Positions 49,921 to 63,706 of a DNA stretch of 64,000 bases are shown in pieces; position 1 is the stretch's first letter; each line of letters opens with the position of its first letter. The DNA comes from Piromyces finnis finn (taxonomy: Eukaryota; Fungi; Neocallimastigomycota): assembly GCA_002104945.1 (NCBI GenBank), contig MCFH01000026.1:620001-684000 (forward strand). The letters run 5' to 3'. A program made the translations under genes and the position numbers. Under the pieces are notes generated by a model. It worked only from the letters and a program-made list of their open reading frames with translations. It was not told where the DNA came from and did not search any database.

Positions 49921-50190
49921 AAACATACTTCGGAAGAATTAGCACCTCATAAAATAAATTTAAAGACTGGTGTTAAACCTGTTAAGCAAAGAGCTTATAG
50001 GTTAACTAAATTCAAGTCAGACATATTAAAAGAAGAACTAACTAAACTAATAGAGAAAAGATTAATAGAGCCGTCCTATTCTGAATGGTCCTCTCCTGTG
50101 GTTCTTGTTCCAAAAAATAATGGTAAATGGAGAAATGTGTGTTGACTATAGGAAAGTCAACGAAGTTATAAAAAAAGACACCTATTCACT
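49921..50190 (+). pseudogene. Gypsy RT N-terminal fragment
   Basis: PHKINLKTGVKPVKQRAYRL...SEWSSPVVLVPKNNGKWR.CVDYRKVN. Confidence 0.85.
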
Positions 50191-50399
50191 AAATTTAAAG
50201 AATAATTTAAGTCAAAACATTTTTTAAATAAAAATATAAAAATTATATATATAGAGTAAATCTTTGTAAACTAGCTTAAGAATCTGAACAGGATTGCTTA
50301 GGAAATTAACTCAAATCCTAGATTAAGCAAAGAAAATTAAAATAAAACGAGATTTCAAAGCCACTATTTAACGATTCAGAGGTAGAGAGTGATTCTAGC

Positions 50400-53300
50400 T
50401 CAAACTCTATTTTTCACATATCTAATAAAAGAATTACTTCGAAAATAAACCTATTTTTAAAAACCCCACATATACCTGGATACATTTATATTAAAGCTCT
50501 AGTAAAACTCGAAAGTATGGAAGAAAAACTAAAAATTTTGAAATAAAAATCTTATCCATCTGAAGTAACTTCACCACAGCAATATTACACTTATGTCTAT
50601 GATATTGGTAATGCAAATAAATTTAAACAAGCATTAAATCATTTTAACACCAGAACTTCTAAAGGCAAATTAGAAAATAAAATAGAAAACGAACACATCG
50701 ACACTGAGAAAGAAGATTCGGATATACCTTGTGGAATCAGTGGAGAAATATCACCAATCTCAACTTGAAGAACTTAACCAACTCACCTTAGAAACCGAAA
50801 TTAAAAACTCTTATAGAGGAAACAATCAAATATTAAGTTATAATGAAAACAACCCTGGTGCAACAATAATAATGGCGGAAAATAAAATGTACAAAGAACT
50901 TAAACAAGAAAACGCTGAAAATAAAGCAGAAATGCAAACCATGATGTAAAATTTCATGGAACAAATGATGACACAATTTTCCAACATAACAACTACTCTA
51001 TGCACTTCCTTCAGGAGGGATAAAAATATGAATGAAATCCACGCTTTGGAAATCAAATTGGCCAACATAGTAGAAATTCAGAAGTACAAACTTTAGCCAA
51101 TAATATAGATCAAAACACTGTCAAACCCATAGAATTGAATACTGCTATGGAAGAAGTCGAAAACAATATAAATCAAGTCAAATCTAATTCGATTAAATCA
51201 GACGACTTATTACTTTTGGAGAAGGCTACTACTTTAAACATCTCCAACATAGAAAAATCTAAAAGGGAGATTAACACTATTAAAAATCAGCTTAAGTCGG
51301 TGAAAGAAGAACTATTACTAATAAATGAAAGCGCAACAAAAAGCGAAATTTATAAGAAAAATATAACTATAGAAACCATGAACAACATGACTGAGAAGAT
51401 ATAATCAGTACAAAAAGACTCGGAACAGAGAATTTCACAACTAAAGGAAGAAATTTAAAGTCTACATAGTGTTCAAGGTCACACTCAACTTAATTTCAAC
51501 AAAGAATTCAGAGAAATTAAACTAGCTATGAACGAGTGTATCGTTCTATAAACTAAATTTCAAGAAAGAATTAAGGCCTTAGAACTCGAAATAGAAAACA
51601 AATCTTCACCTAATAATAAAGAATCAGCCGAATCAAACAATAAATTAATTGAGTTACAAGAAGTTTATGAGGATTTACTTCTCAAATACGAAGAATTACA
51701 AGAAAATTGCAAAAATCCAAAAATTGCGAAATTCCTTAAAGACATCGCAGAAATTAAACAACAATTACATTCTTTATCACATCTTCATATTAATGATATT
51801 ACAAACGAATATAAATTTTTAGTACAACGTAATCCCAATACGGAATGTTTATTCAATAACGACTGTAATTTTAAAACCTCCGAATTTTCTCTAACTCCCA
51901 AAACCAAAAATGTGAAAAAATAATCAATACATTTATCAATGAATACTATTTATCACAAGTTCAACAACTGAACCCAGAAACGGATATTACACTGGGAAAT
52001 ATCTCATTCTTCAGAGAAATTCCTTCTTTCATTGGTACTTCTACCTTAGATGAAAGAGAACTAGAAAATAATAAGTGTCTTGAAGTTAAGTTAAACTAGA
52101 AGAAAATGAAGATAAATCAAAAAATTAAAGAAGAATGTGACAATATATGGGAGCTAAATGAAAAAGAAAATAAACAAAGGGATTTCTTAAGGAACAAAGA
52201 AATTGAACAATTACATAAAAGGATCGAGTAATTGGAACGTGAAAACTTTAGAAGAAATAGTAGATCGTCTAGCGGAGACTCCATAAGAAGTCAATCCAGC
52301 TATAGTTCTGATTCCAATACTAGTTTTAGAAGAAAAATCTATGATAAAATTAAGAACGACACTGACCGTTTCAATAACTGTTTCAAAAATGAAGACCAAA
52401 AGCAAGACTACTTTGATACACGCTTTAGAAGAAACAAAGTAAAAAATGAAACCAGTGAAGAATTTAAAGAAAGATTTGAAAATCTAATGGAAAGAGTCAA
52501 ATCTGATTTTGTAAGGGCAGCAAGGAGGGACAGTATTACTACTATAGTAAACACCCAAGAGTTTACAACCCGAACATAAACAACACTATATCCTTTCGGT
52601 CTGAAGACTTTAAAGAACTTTCCGCACTCAAACTACAAAATAACCAAGGATTCAGGAGCGTATTTCATGAAGCTCCACCAATGTTCACGTCAAAAGATAG
52701 TGGATATGAATATCTCCGAGATCTCCGCGCTTATCTACAGGCCTATACCCCTAAAGTCAAAGAATTGCAGATCAGAGATGTCATCATTGAAAGGAGGACA
52801 AGGAGGTCAAGGAATGGTATAAAAACATATATCTGGAAAAGCTGGATAATCCTAATATTGAATGGAATTCCACTACTAATTGGAAGAAACTTAACCATTT
52901 CGTCTACTACTTCGAATTACTTAATTATTTAGTGTTTACATGTTGGATAAATAAAGTTCTTTAAGTTAATACAATATTAAATAAGAACATTGCAATTAAA
53001 TATTAAAATATTTTTTAAAAGCTGTGATACTCTTTGGGCTATTATTCAGCCAAATAGCCCAAAGAGAAAGTTCAAGAAATCTTAACGAAGATCTAATATT
53101 TTTTATTTCTGAAGACAAACACAAATCTCGTAAAACATTAAAAAGACACAAAGAAAAACATACTAAAAAAGAGAAGTATACCACCCATCCAGTAAGTAAA
53201 AAAAATATTTCGATAAGTATAACCATAATTTAGGGGAAGATATTCTAGACAAGAGCCTAACTAGCGAAGAAAGAAGCAATCTGGAGGAAATAAATAATAT

Positions 53301-56060
53301 CATAGATAAAACCCAAGGGTCCAAGTATTTAAACAACCCAAAATTTGTCGGTCGGATGCACTATAATAAAGCGTTAATCTTAGACAACACATTAAATGCT
53401 AAATATAGAATCATTCCATTAGATTCAGGATCCGCCGGGAACTCTATTGGATCTAACTTACTAAAAGAACTAAAAATTAAGAAATACATCAATAATAAAG
53501 ATCACACCATCCAATTGGGGGAAACTATTACTGAAATTAAAGAATAATGCTACCTAACAATAGATGTAGAGATAAAAAATGGTCAATATTATTTCAATAA
53601 GACTAAACTAAGTATCATACTTACGGAAGGACCAACAGTTCATAAAAGAAAGAACTTTTATTATGATAAAATAATTCTCAACGATGATTTAATATTTAAA
53701 ATGAACAAATTAAAAATCAATGCTAATTATCCTTATTTTTTAAATCTAAAAGAGAATAGATCCGAAAATGCAAAAACGTTACTAAACAAGAGAAAATATG
53801 TTGAAGATCTAGAATGGGATAAGAAGCATCTGGATGAGAAACAAAAAATAAAAATTGATAAAAGGGATTTAAGGAATAACGCTGAGGAAAACCATAATAC
53901 AGAAATGATAAAACTTTCGATAGCACAAAAGATAAAGATTAACAAACTCAATGCATATCTACCTTACAATAAAGATAAGGTAAAAAGATTACCAATGATA
54001 CCACACATTTCTTTGGAAAAAAATTATGAAGATGCTTTAGAAAGAGAATTTAAAGAACTTGAAGAAGAAAACAAAATTGAAAAATCAAGGGCGTCTCAGC
54101 CTGCAACGCTTTTAACGTACCTAAAAAAGATGGAACTTTTAGAACAGTCTTTAATTACGTTATGGTTAATAACTGTCTCCATCAAAACAAATATCCTATA
54201 CCCAAAATCTTGGAACTAGTTCACCACAACACCCTCTTCAAGTAACATATTCTTTAAGATCTCAGGAAGGCTTATAACCAGATATACTTAGAACCAAGAT
54301 ACCGTTTTCTCACCAGCTTTAGATTAAAAAATCAAATATACCAGTGGAAAGTACTACCCTTTGATTTATCTACAGCACCATTTATTTTCCAATCTATTTT
54401 AAATTTACTCTTAAACAAATATTTAAATAACATTAGAAAAATGCTTATTCTTTCCAACTGAATTCGAATACTTAGGGTATAAATTTAGTTTCGATAGTAT
54501 TAAACCTGTTTCAAATAAACAATTAAATCTTAAAAAATGTCATACATTAAAAGAATATCAACAACTTTACGGTTTTCTAAATTATTTCAAAGATTATATT
54601 AAAAATTTTTACAGAAAAAACTAGACATATCACACTTGGTTTATCAAACAAAACTACTGAATAGACCGAAAATATGGGAAATGAATTACAATATTTTACC
54701 AAACTCATTCCTAATCTACCTAACCTTACTCCTTTTAAATCTAACCAAGATATCTTTATCCTAACCGACGCCTCCGAAATTGGTATTGGCGCTGCTATTT
54801 TTCAGGTGGAGGACAAAAACGAAGTATAAAATCTGTTTTAAATTTTATACTTTTACAAAGTATAAAATTTAAAACAGATTTTATACTTAAAACAAAACAA
54901 TTTTTATTAACACAAAAATAAAAAAATAAAACATTAAATTTTTATTTAAAAAAAAATTTTTATTTAAACTCTTAAAAATATTATTAACTATATAATAGTT
55001 AATAATTAAAAAATTGAAAATAACAATTACATCGATTTAACAAATAAAAATTACATGTATTTATATTTTTTCATAATTATATTCTAATATATTATTTTAT
55101 TTAAATAAACATATATTTAATATAAAATAAACAAAACTAATTTAATTAAATAATAAAATAACAAAACTAAACTAAACTAATTCATTATACTTTTAATTCA
55201 ATTTGAGTAAACTCAAAATTGAATAAAGCCCATGTATTTTCTATAAATTAATTTAATATTATCAATACTATTCTTAATATATTTCCTATTGAAATATAAA
55301 TAAATCTATTTTTAAAACTAAGTTAAAATTATTAAACTATTCTAAATTTAAATAAAAAAGTATAATCTATTCTAAAATTAAATAAAAAGTATTTAAAAAA
55401 TATTTTAATTATTTTAAATATTTGAAATATTTAAATTTAATTAAAATTCTTTTATTCCTTAAATTTAAATATTTATCTTAATTTAAATTTTACGGAATTA
55501 TTATAAAATAATTTATTATTAAATTATTCCATAAAATTTACTCAAAAATTTTATAATCAGTTTTACTAAATATTAATTTATTATTTAATAATTAATAATT
55601 AATTATTAAATAATCTAAAGATATATATTATATCTTTACATACTTCTACATTTGCTGAATAATAAATCTTGTGATTATTAATCAAAATAATGCGGACGTA
55701 AAAAGTGGACATTCCAAGAACATTCCAATAAAAAATATGTCCAAAAACGAAAAAAGGAAATTTCGTAATGCAACAATTCCATCATATGAGACATTGGAAA
55801 AGAAAAATAATTCGTTGTACATTACGAAAGAAAATTATAATAATTTAACTAAAAACCTTAACCCATTAGGACTTTGTTCAGGAAAACTTAACCCTACGGA
55901 ACTAAAAATTTCAACCTTTGATAAGGAATTATTAGCTCTTTCAGAAACCGAAACCTTATTTCATTATAAATTTTTAATCAGAAATGGTCAAAGAATTTAC
56001 TCAGCTACTGATCACATTAACATAGTAGTATATATGTTAGATATCAATGCCACAACATGA
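50400..56060 (+). pseudogene. Degenerate Gypsy family-H element: long coiled-coil ORF, gag, protease (LDSGS), RT, RNase H split by LTR A'
   Basis: Heptad-rich ORFs 50.7-52.6 kb; PLDSGSAGNSIG; RT-like GYNQI...YQWKVLPF.LSTAP; LTDASEIGIGAAIFQ; ISTFDKELLAL. Confidence 0.75.
54822..55640 (-). mobile_element. LTR A' with fold-back duplication at one terminus
   Basis: Perfect 31-bp inverted repeat 54822-54852 / 54858-54888; other end TATCTTTACA at 55640. Confidence 0.88.
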
Positions 56061-56539
56061 TATCTTTAGATGTGTTTAAGTCATGATTAAATATTGTTGA
56101 ATTAGGTAAATTATTTTACATAATCAAAATTAAGGTAACAATTGATTTGTTAAAAAAACAATAAAATTCAAAATTCAAAACAAAATAAATTATTACTTTA
56201 ATTTTAATGTTAGACAGTAAAACACAGTTTCCAATCTAATTTAATATGTTGACCTTAGAATAAATAAATAGATTCAATGGGAAATTAATATACAAATAAT
56301 AAATAGATAATAAATAAACACTTATTCAACTTTTTTATCATTCGATTTGTATTAGTAACTTTAAATCGGTGTAATTGTTATTTTTTAAAAAAAAATATTT
56401 CTTAATAAAAGATATAATTTTTAAAAAAAATTTTTTTTGTTCATTGTGTTTATGATTGGTGTTATTGTAAAAAGTAATATATTTTATAATCAATACTTTA
56501 CAATATATAAACTCAGGAAGTAGAAACAAATCGAGGTTT

Positions 56540-57700
56540 TTCTTATCCCATTCTGGGTCGTATACTGTTTTTCTGGTGGAAATAATACCCTTAAGTTATG
56601 ATTTTCGGTTCTTCATCTTATTCAAAAAATCAGGGTAATAATTATGAAAAACCCTTTTATTATGTAGATTGAAAATATAGTCATCATCGATGATAATTTT
56701 ATCATAGTAGAAGCTCTTTTTTGTTGGTTAGTGAATCCGTAGGCATTATATTGAATCTTATATTTTGAAAGTAATAGGTATTCAGTTTGAATTCGATTCC
56801 TACTGTAAGATAACAGTATACTTTTATTTCTGTTATAGTCTCTCCGAATTGGATGGTATGGTATAAATCGTTCCTATATGTTTTGACGTTAATATTATTT
56901 ATAATATTTGATGCCATATAATTGTTTGCTGTTCCTGAGTCAAGTAAGAATATTGCATTGTCCTTGTAAGTTGTTATCCAGAATGATACCCTTATTGTTT
57001 TGTATCTTCCCTCCAAATTTAGGGTTGTTTATGTATTTACCTTTAGGCTATGGTTAATTTCTTCATTGGTTAACTTTACGCTAGATTCTATTTGATGTAT
57101 ATTTTAACTAATTCAACTTAAGGATTTTAATAAAATTGATATAAAGTTGTTTATTGATATCTTCTTGGGTTTTATAATCCTCTCTAGGATCCTTTGTTAT
57201 TTTTCGATTTGATCAATTTATTTATTTAAAGTAACTTCATTTAGTTTTTTTAATAGGCTTAATATTTGACCAAAAATACTTTTCGAAATAAAATATAAAA
57301 TTATTTAATTTATATCATGAAGTGGTAGCATTCCATTCAATATCAACTTCGAAGTTATATTTGAAAAAGTTCTTTTCCCAGATGATAATTTCCTTAGGGC
57401 ATCCTTGAAGAATGGCTTCTTTAACATGATTTCCCTTAGGATTGGGAGATAGATTTGTAAATATGTTTTAAGATTTCGTAAGAAGTCATAATTATTGTTT
57501 TTACAAATGTACCTTGATGGTATCGGATTTATACATCACTCTATTCTTGAAGTCCTCGGCTCCCTTCTTTAGTTTATTAATTTCTTTTTCGTATTTCTCC
57601 TTAATTTTTTCTAATTTCTTCTTGTTCTTTTTATTTTATTTCTTGATACGATTTCTACGGATGCTAACTTTTCTCTCTGCTCCTTATTGACTTGTGTTAA
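56540..57700 (-). pseudogene. Family-H gag-protease fragment
   Basis: FLLDSGTANNYMAS...HTIQFGETITEIK, homologous to 53400-53600. Confidence 0.75.
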
Positions 57701-57832
57701 TCTTCTTGTTTAAAGATGTTTCGCCTACAAAGGAATGTCCTTCATATAATGTATCATTAATTGTAATTAAAATAAAGAACATTTTATTAGTTTAACCCTA
57801 CACTTACACTTTCTGTAGAATAAGATAATTGT

Positions 57833-58567
57833 TGTAAAAGTTTTATAAAATTTAAAACAGATTATAAAACTTATTCAATAAAACAAAAACATAAAAAATA
57901 AAATAAAAATATAAAAAGACAAAAATAACAAAATATAATTTATAACTTCTCTTTTATTAGTCTAAATTATAGTCAATAATAATTACATCGTTTTAAATTA
58001 CGAAATTTTACATGTATTTATATTTTTTGTAGATTATATTTTAATATACTATTCTATTTAATTATACATATACTCAATATAAAATAAACAAAACTAATTT
58101 AATTCTAATTTAATTAAATAATAATACTAAACTAAAACTAATTAAATACACTTTTGATTCAATTTGAGTAAACTGCAAATTGAATACAGTCCATGTATTA
58201 CCTATATATTAATTAAATATTAATAATACTATTCATACTATTCATTATATATTTATTATTAAAAATGTTAATTTAAAACTACGATAAAGTTATTAAATTA
58301 ATTTTAATTAAATAAAAACTTTTTAAGATTTAATTTGAATATTTAAAATATTTAAATTTAATTATCTATTAATCTAAATATTTATCCAAATTTCATTTCT
58401 AACTTTGATATTTTAAAATTAATCTTTATATAATTATTCCATAAAAATTTATATAATAAATTTTATAAATAATTTTTTATTAAAATATCAAAATTATTAT
58501 TTAATAATTATTAATTAATTATTAAATAATTTAAAGATATATTAAAGATATATTTTATATCTTTACA
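57833..58567 (-). mobile_element. Solo LTR, family A (735 bp), TSD ATTGT
   Basis: TG...CA; ATTGT at 57828-57832 and 58568-58572. Confidence 0.93.
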
Positions 58568-59306
58568 ATTGTATTATCGCATTCTCAAGTTACGTAAGTA
58601 TGGAAGTATATATTTAAGCTTATCCTAGGAAAGGCTTAAATTAACAAATCGTTTTAAAATTTCGAAAAAATATTTACTTACTTTTTAGTATTCTACCTAC
58701 TATATTTACTACAATCATTCTGTTATTATTAGATACTAAACAAGTAATCTGATAAAGAAGCATATCTCAACATTGAATCCGAATGAAATTCATCCAGCAC
58801 TGAATCCATATTCTATATTGACTATAATGCCGTTAGTGGAGAAGATTAAGTAATTTATTTAAAATTGTTCTAAATGAAGATATTAAATCACTTGAAGATA
58901 ACGTTATCAATCAAGAGATTGTAACAAATATATAGTCGCGAAAATACACGACATAAACCAAAATTTAAAAACAATCAAGAATGAATACCAGTCAAATTTA
59001 GAAATAAGCGCATTGTTATCAGATAAAAATAAACAAAATATCGAAAATAGTATTTTACAAGTCTAGAACAACTTTAATATCAAAATAAAACAAATAATCA
59101 ATGATTTGGAAGAACTGTCAAAAAGGACACACATTCTCAATATACCAATAAGATTGAAATTGAACAACTACAATTCAAGTTAAATCAACAAATTAAAAGA
59201 CAGACAGAACTCTATAATCAAATCATGCAGTTATCCATCCTGTAGAAAATAAAGAATAACTAAGGAAAAATAACAATAACGAAGAAGACCGAAAACAACT
59301 AAAACA

Positions 59307-60974
59307 TTAAGAATCATTTTTGCAAAAGATAGAATTAGACTTTCCATAAGTATAATCTTTGCAAGTATCATTAGTTTTATTTGTTTTCATACCGCGTTCT
59401 TTATGTGAACTTTTATTTACTTCTTTATTTGTATTTTTAGAGTTAGTATCTTGAATTCCACCGTCTGCAGTAAAAATACCTGGAAGCCATACCGAAACTC
59501 CACCGTTATCTGAGCTACTTCCAGAGGAAGCACCACTTTCTGACCCGGAATTAGAATGAGTTCCGGAATTACTTGAATTAATTAATCTATTTGTACTACT
59601 TTCATTCACCTAATGATTTCATGTGCTTTCGTTTATTCTTGTTATATCATTCATAACACTCTCATCCTAATTTTCTATGCCATCTTCGGAAACAGAACTT
59701 GATAAAGCTTCTTCCACAATTTCTGAAATAGTTTTACTAAGATTTTTAGACGCTGTGTCTTCTTAATGATTTTCAATAGTATACACAGTATTATGTGATT
59801 TTTGCACCGAAATGCTGTACGCTGTATCAAACAAAACTGTAAAGATATAAAGTATATCTTTAAATTATTTAATAATTAATTAATAATTATTGAATAATAA
59901 TTTTGATATTTTAATGAAAAATTGTTTATAAAATTTATTGTATAAATTTTATGGAAAAAATAAATAAAGATTAATTTTAAAATATCAAAGTTAGAAATGA
60001 AATTTGGATAAATATTTAAATTAATGGATAGTTAAATTTAAATATTTTAAATATTCAAATTAAATCTTAAAAAGTTTTTATTTTATTAAAATTAGTTTAA
60101 TAACTTTAGCGTAGTCTTAAATTAGTATTTTTAATTATAAATATATAATAAATAGTATTATTAATATTTAATTAATATATAGGTAATACATGGACTGTAT
60201 TCAATTTGCAGTTTACTCAAATTGAATCAAAAGTGTATTTAATTAGTTTTAGTTTAGTTTTATTATTTTATTATTTAATTAAATTAGTATTAAATTAGTT
60301 TTGTTTATTTTCTATTGAATATATGTATAATTAAATAGAATAGTATATTAAAATATAATTTACAAAAAATATAAATACATGTAAAAATTTCTTAATTAAA
60401 ATGATGTAATTGTTATTAACTATTATTTAGTTAATAACTAAATAAACTTAATAAAAGAAGATATTAAAAAGATAATTTTAACTATATTTTGTTTTTATTT
60501 TTTGGTGTTGTTTTATTGTAAAATTTTATAATCTGTTTGAGTCTTATAAAACTTTTACAAAAACTATGTATGAAATAGATGTACTAACACCATTTGAAAT
60601 ATATTGATTTGTATAATTCATAAATTTCCATCCTTTAACAAAATTGGGAGATTTCAGTATTCCAGTTAATTATTTATGATAAGGATTACCTTCAAGACCG
60701 TTACTTGTTAATAAATTACAAGTTCTTTCATTTTCCAAATCATATTTTTTTAGTAAACCATTTTCATCCCTTTTAAATTTAGTAATATTCCTAAGTAACT
60801 TATTTTTTTGGCCCCTACACCAAAAATATTGAATAAAGTGGCTCCATCATTGCAATTATTAAAATATGTATTAAATGGATTATCAAAAAAAAATCCTTTT
60901 CTGCTTATTATATACACATAATGCCCATAAGCTATATCAAAAAAACTTACTATTAAAAATAAATATTTCAACAT
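59307..60974 (-). pseudogene. Secreted Ser/Thr/Gly-rich host protein gene split by a solo LTR
   Basis: Signal peptide MLKYLFLIVSFFDIAYG; removing the LTR and one TSD copy restores ...SYIVLFDTAYSISVQKSHN...; other frameshifts and stops are present. Confidence 0.6.
59838..60559 (+). mobile_element. Solo LTR, family A (722 bp), TSD AAAAC
   Basis: TG...CA; AAAAC at 59833-59837 and 60560-60564. Confidence 0.93.
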
Positions 60975-61050
60975 TAGTAATAATATTTCAATAATTATTT
61001 ATTACAAATTTTAGTAGTTTTTTTCTTATTTCTTATCTATTATTATATAT

Positions 61051-61560
61051 TGTAAAGTTTTGTAAAACACTAGATTAAACAAAACTGCAATAACACTAAA
61101 TTTTTAATTACACTTATAATTTATAGTTTTATTATATTTTATTATTTATGAAAATATTTTTATTAGAATGTTATTAACTACTTAATAGTCAATAACAATT
61201 ATAATTATTTAAATTTACATGAAATTTCGGACTATTTATATTTTTTTGCGATTACATTATAATATGTCTAACTAATTTATTTATATTTCTATTCAATATA
61301 AAACTATCATTAAAAATCTTAAAATATAATAATTTAATTTCACAATATCAATTATATTATATGAAATATTACTATATAAGGAAAGGTAATGTAATACAAA
61401 TAAGTATTACAATAAAATTAATACTAATATTATATAATATTAATATATGAGAATATAATGAAATATGTACATGGATTCTATAATTAATATATAAATAATG
61501 TATTATAATATATATCAATTATTATATTATTATTATGAAATATTATATATAAATTTTTAA
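61051..61560 (-). mobile_element. Diverged A/B-related LTR (family J), partial
   Basis: Terminal TGTAAAGTTTTGT...ACAAAACTGCAATAACAC hairpin and AATAACAATTA, TACATG motifs in the same order as family A. Confidence 0.55.
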
Positions 61561-61614
61561 ATATGAAATTGAATATTTTAAATAATAAAAATTATTTTAA
61601 ATATGTAGCTAGAC

Positions 61615-61998
61615 ATATTATTATAAAAACATAAAATTATAACATAATTTTATGTTATGCAAAAAATTTCTTTTATTTATTATTTTTATTTGTAATATTT
61701 TATATTTTATATTTATATTTATATTTATATTTTATTATATTTTTATTATACTTTAATAAATATTTTTATACTTTTTATTCTAGTTATTATATATTTATTA
61801 ATTAAACAAACAAAACATAGTTATAATTATTAAAAGATATATAAATATATTATTATTTCATGTAATTAATTCTTCGCTTCTTGTTATATTATAGCCAAAA
61901 ATCTATATTAATAAAATTAATTTAAAAACATTATTACATAAAGTTTCCCCCTAAAAAGGAAATTAGAACCGAGTTATATCATTTGGTGGAGATATCGG
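61615..61998 (+). mobile_element. Family-E 5' LTR (3' part, to 61981) plus tRNA-Ala PBS (61984-61998)
   Basis: ...GAGTTATATCA TT TGGTGGAGATATCGG; same PBS as the full-length element. Confidence 0.85.
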
Positions 61999-62463
61999 TT
62001 CTTTTAGAGGAGGAAGAAGTTATACAATTTTAATAAATTGTATTAGTTATTTTTTTTCTTATAAAACATTTTTATTAATTCTGCATATAGTTATTTAGTA
62101 ACTATATATATATATACATAAAATAAAAAAATATTATTTAATATTCATAATTGAAATTTCATTCTTATCAATATTGAATTTAACAAAATCGTGTCAGCAT
62201 AAACAAACCTTGCAACTCTCAGAAGGAGTATAGTAAGGGTGATTTTAATATCCTGAAGCGTGTGACGGAACATAAATCATCGGATGAAATACCCTTAGGT
62301 GTACAGCTTATTATACACATTTTGGTCGGAAACTCAAATTGATAATAACAATATTAAATATTTAAATTTGAAATTTAATAATTCATTAATAAACAAGCAA
62401 TATAATTACTGTTAATTAAAAAAAAAAAAAGATTTTTTTTCTTAAACCTTAATCATTAAGAAA

Positions 62464-63530
62464 TTGAACTACTCAGATATTATTGAAGCTCTTAAAGAAG
62501 CTAAAAAAAGGAAAATGGCGGAGTTAAATAACTCAATGTTACTACAATATCGCCTAATGACTCTTCAGGGTATCGTCACCTTGACGGATGAAAATCATGA
62601 CGTAAATTTATGGCATGATCAATTCCAATCTTGGTGTCCTATACAAAAGATCACAGCATCTCAGGACATCTACAATTGGTGCCTTATAAAAGAACAAGGA
62701 ATGGATGCTACAGCAATTAGAGACTTAGAGTATACCAACGCTGATGGTACTACTGTTTATCCATCCTTAGAAAAAATGAAGGATACTCTATTAAAGACAT
62801 ATAAATTAAAGAAGGACCCGGAAGACATTATCAACGAATTAAAGTCCTTAAAAATTTCATACCAAGACAATGTCAAAGAATTTAACAAAAAGTATCGGAG
62901 TGTTCGGGATTCTCCCTATTCCAATTTCTCAAATATAAAGATGAACAAACGAGAAATAACTATAATAGCTTTAGTTCAAACTATGCAAACTTTAATAATT
63001 ATCCAGCCATAAGTCATAATAATTTCAATAATTCTTATAATAATAATTTAAATCGCACTAATAATTTTAACTCATTTAATTCTAATAAATTTAATTATAA
63101 TAATTCTGGATTTAACAACCAAAACTCTAATAATCAAGGTTTTAATAATCAAAATTTTAATAATTCATACCCTAATAATTTAAATTTCAATGGCCAAAAT
63201 TATAATAATTTAGGTTCTACTAATTCAAATTTTAATCAAAATTTTAATAATTCTAATTTTAGTAACACCAACTTTATGCCTAATAATTTTAATAATTCTG
63301 GTTATAACAATTACTATAATTCCTATAGTAATAACCCCTTTAGTAATTCTGCTCCGCTTAGAAACTCCGCTACTTACTACCAAAATTATCAAAATAGGAG
63401 TTTCAATAATCAGACCTTCTATGAAAATTCTGATATTTTCTCCAATAATGAAGAAAATATAAAAGATGTCATAATTATACTAATACTAATAATAAAGGTT
63501 TTAAATAACCATATACAAATAATATAACTA
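62464..63530 (+). pseudogene. gag: Family-E gag with Asn-rich low-complexity extension (frameshifted)
   Basis: Follows the PBS/leader; WHDQFQSW...ELKSLKISYQDNVKEFNKKY capsid-like motif; N/F/S/Y-rich tract at 63.0-63.45 kb. Confidence 0.7.
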
Positions 63531-63706
63531 TATAATAAAAATTTTAATAATTAATAGAAAAATGTATAAAAATAGAGTTAAACACTAATAAGGAAGATAA
63601 ATAGTTGAAGGTTAAATCCTAAAATTCTAGCTAATTCAACTATTTATGTTCATTCCTTAACAGAATGCCCCTCGTTAAAACTCAAGCTACTCCGTTGCTG
63701 AGTTAT

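Noticed and set aside
63696-63706. ATAACTCAGCA after LTR A' as a self-priming PBS
   Set aside because: Only ATAAC matches the LTR's GTAATTGTTAT motif, and the same sequence occurs in repeat K at ~42050 without an LTR.
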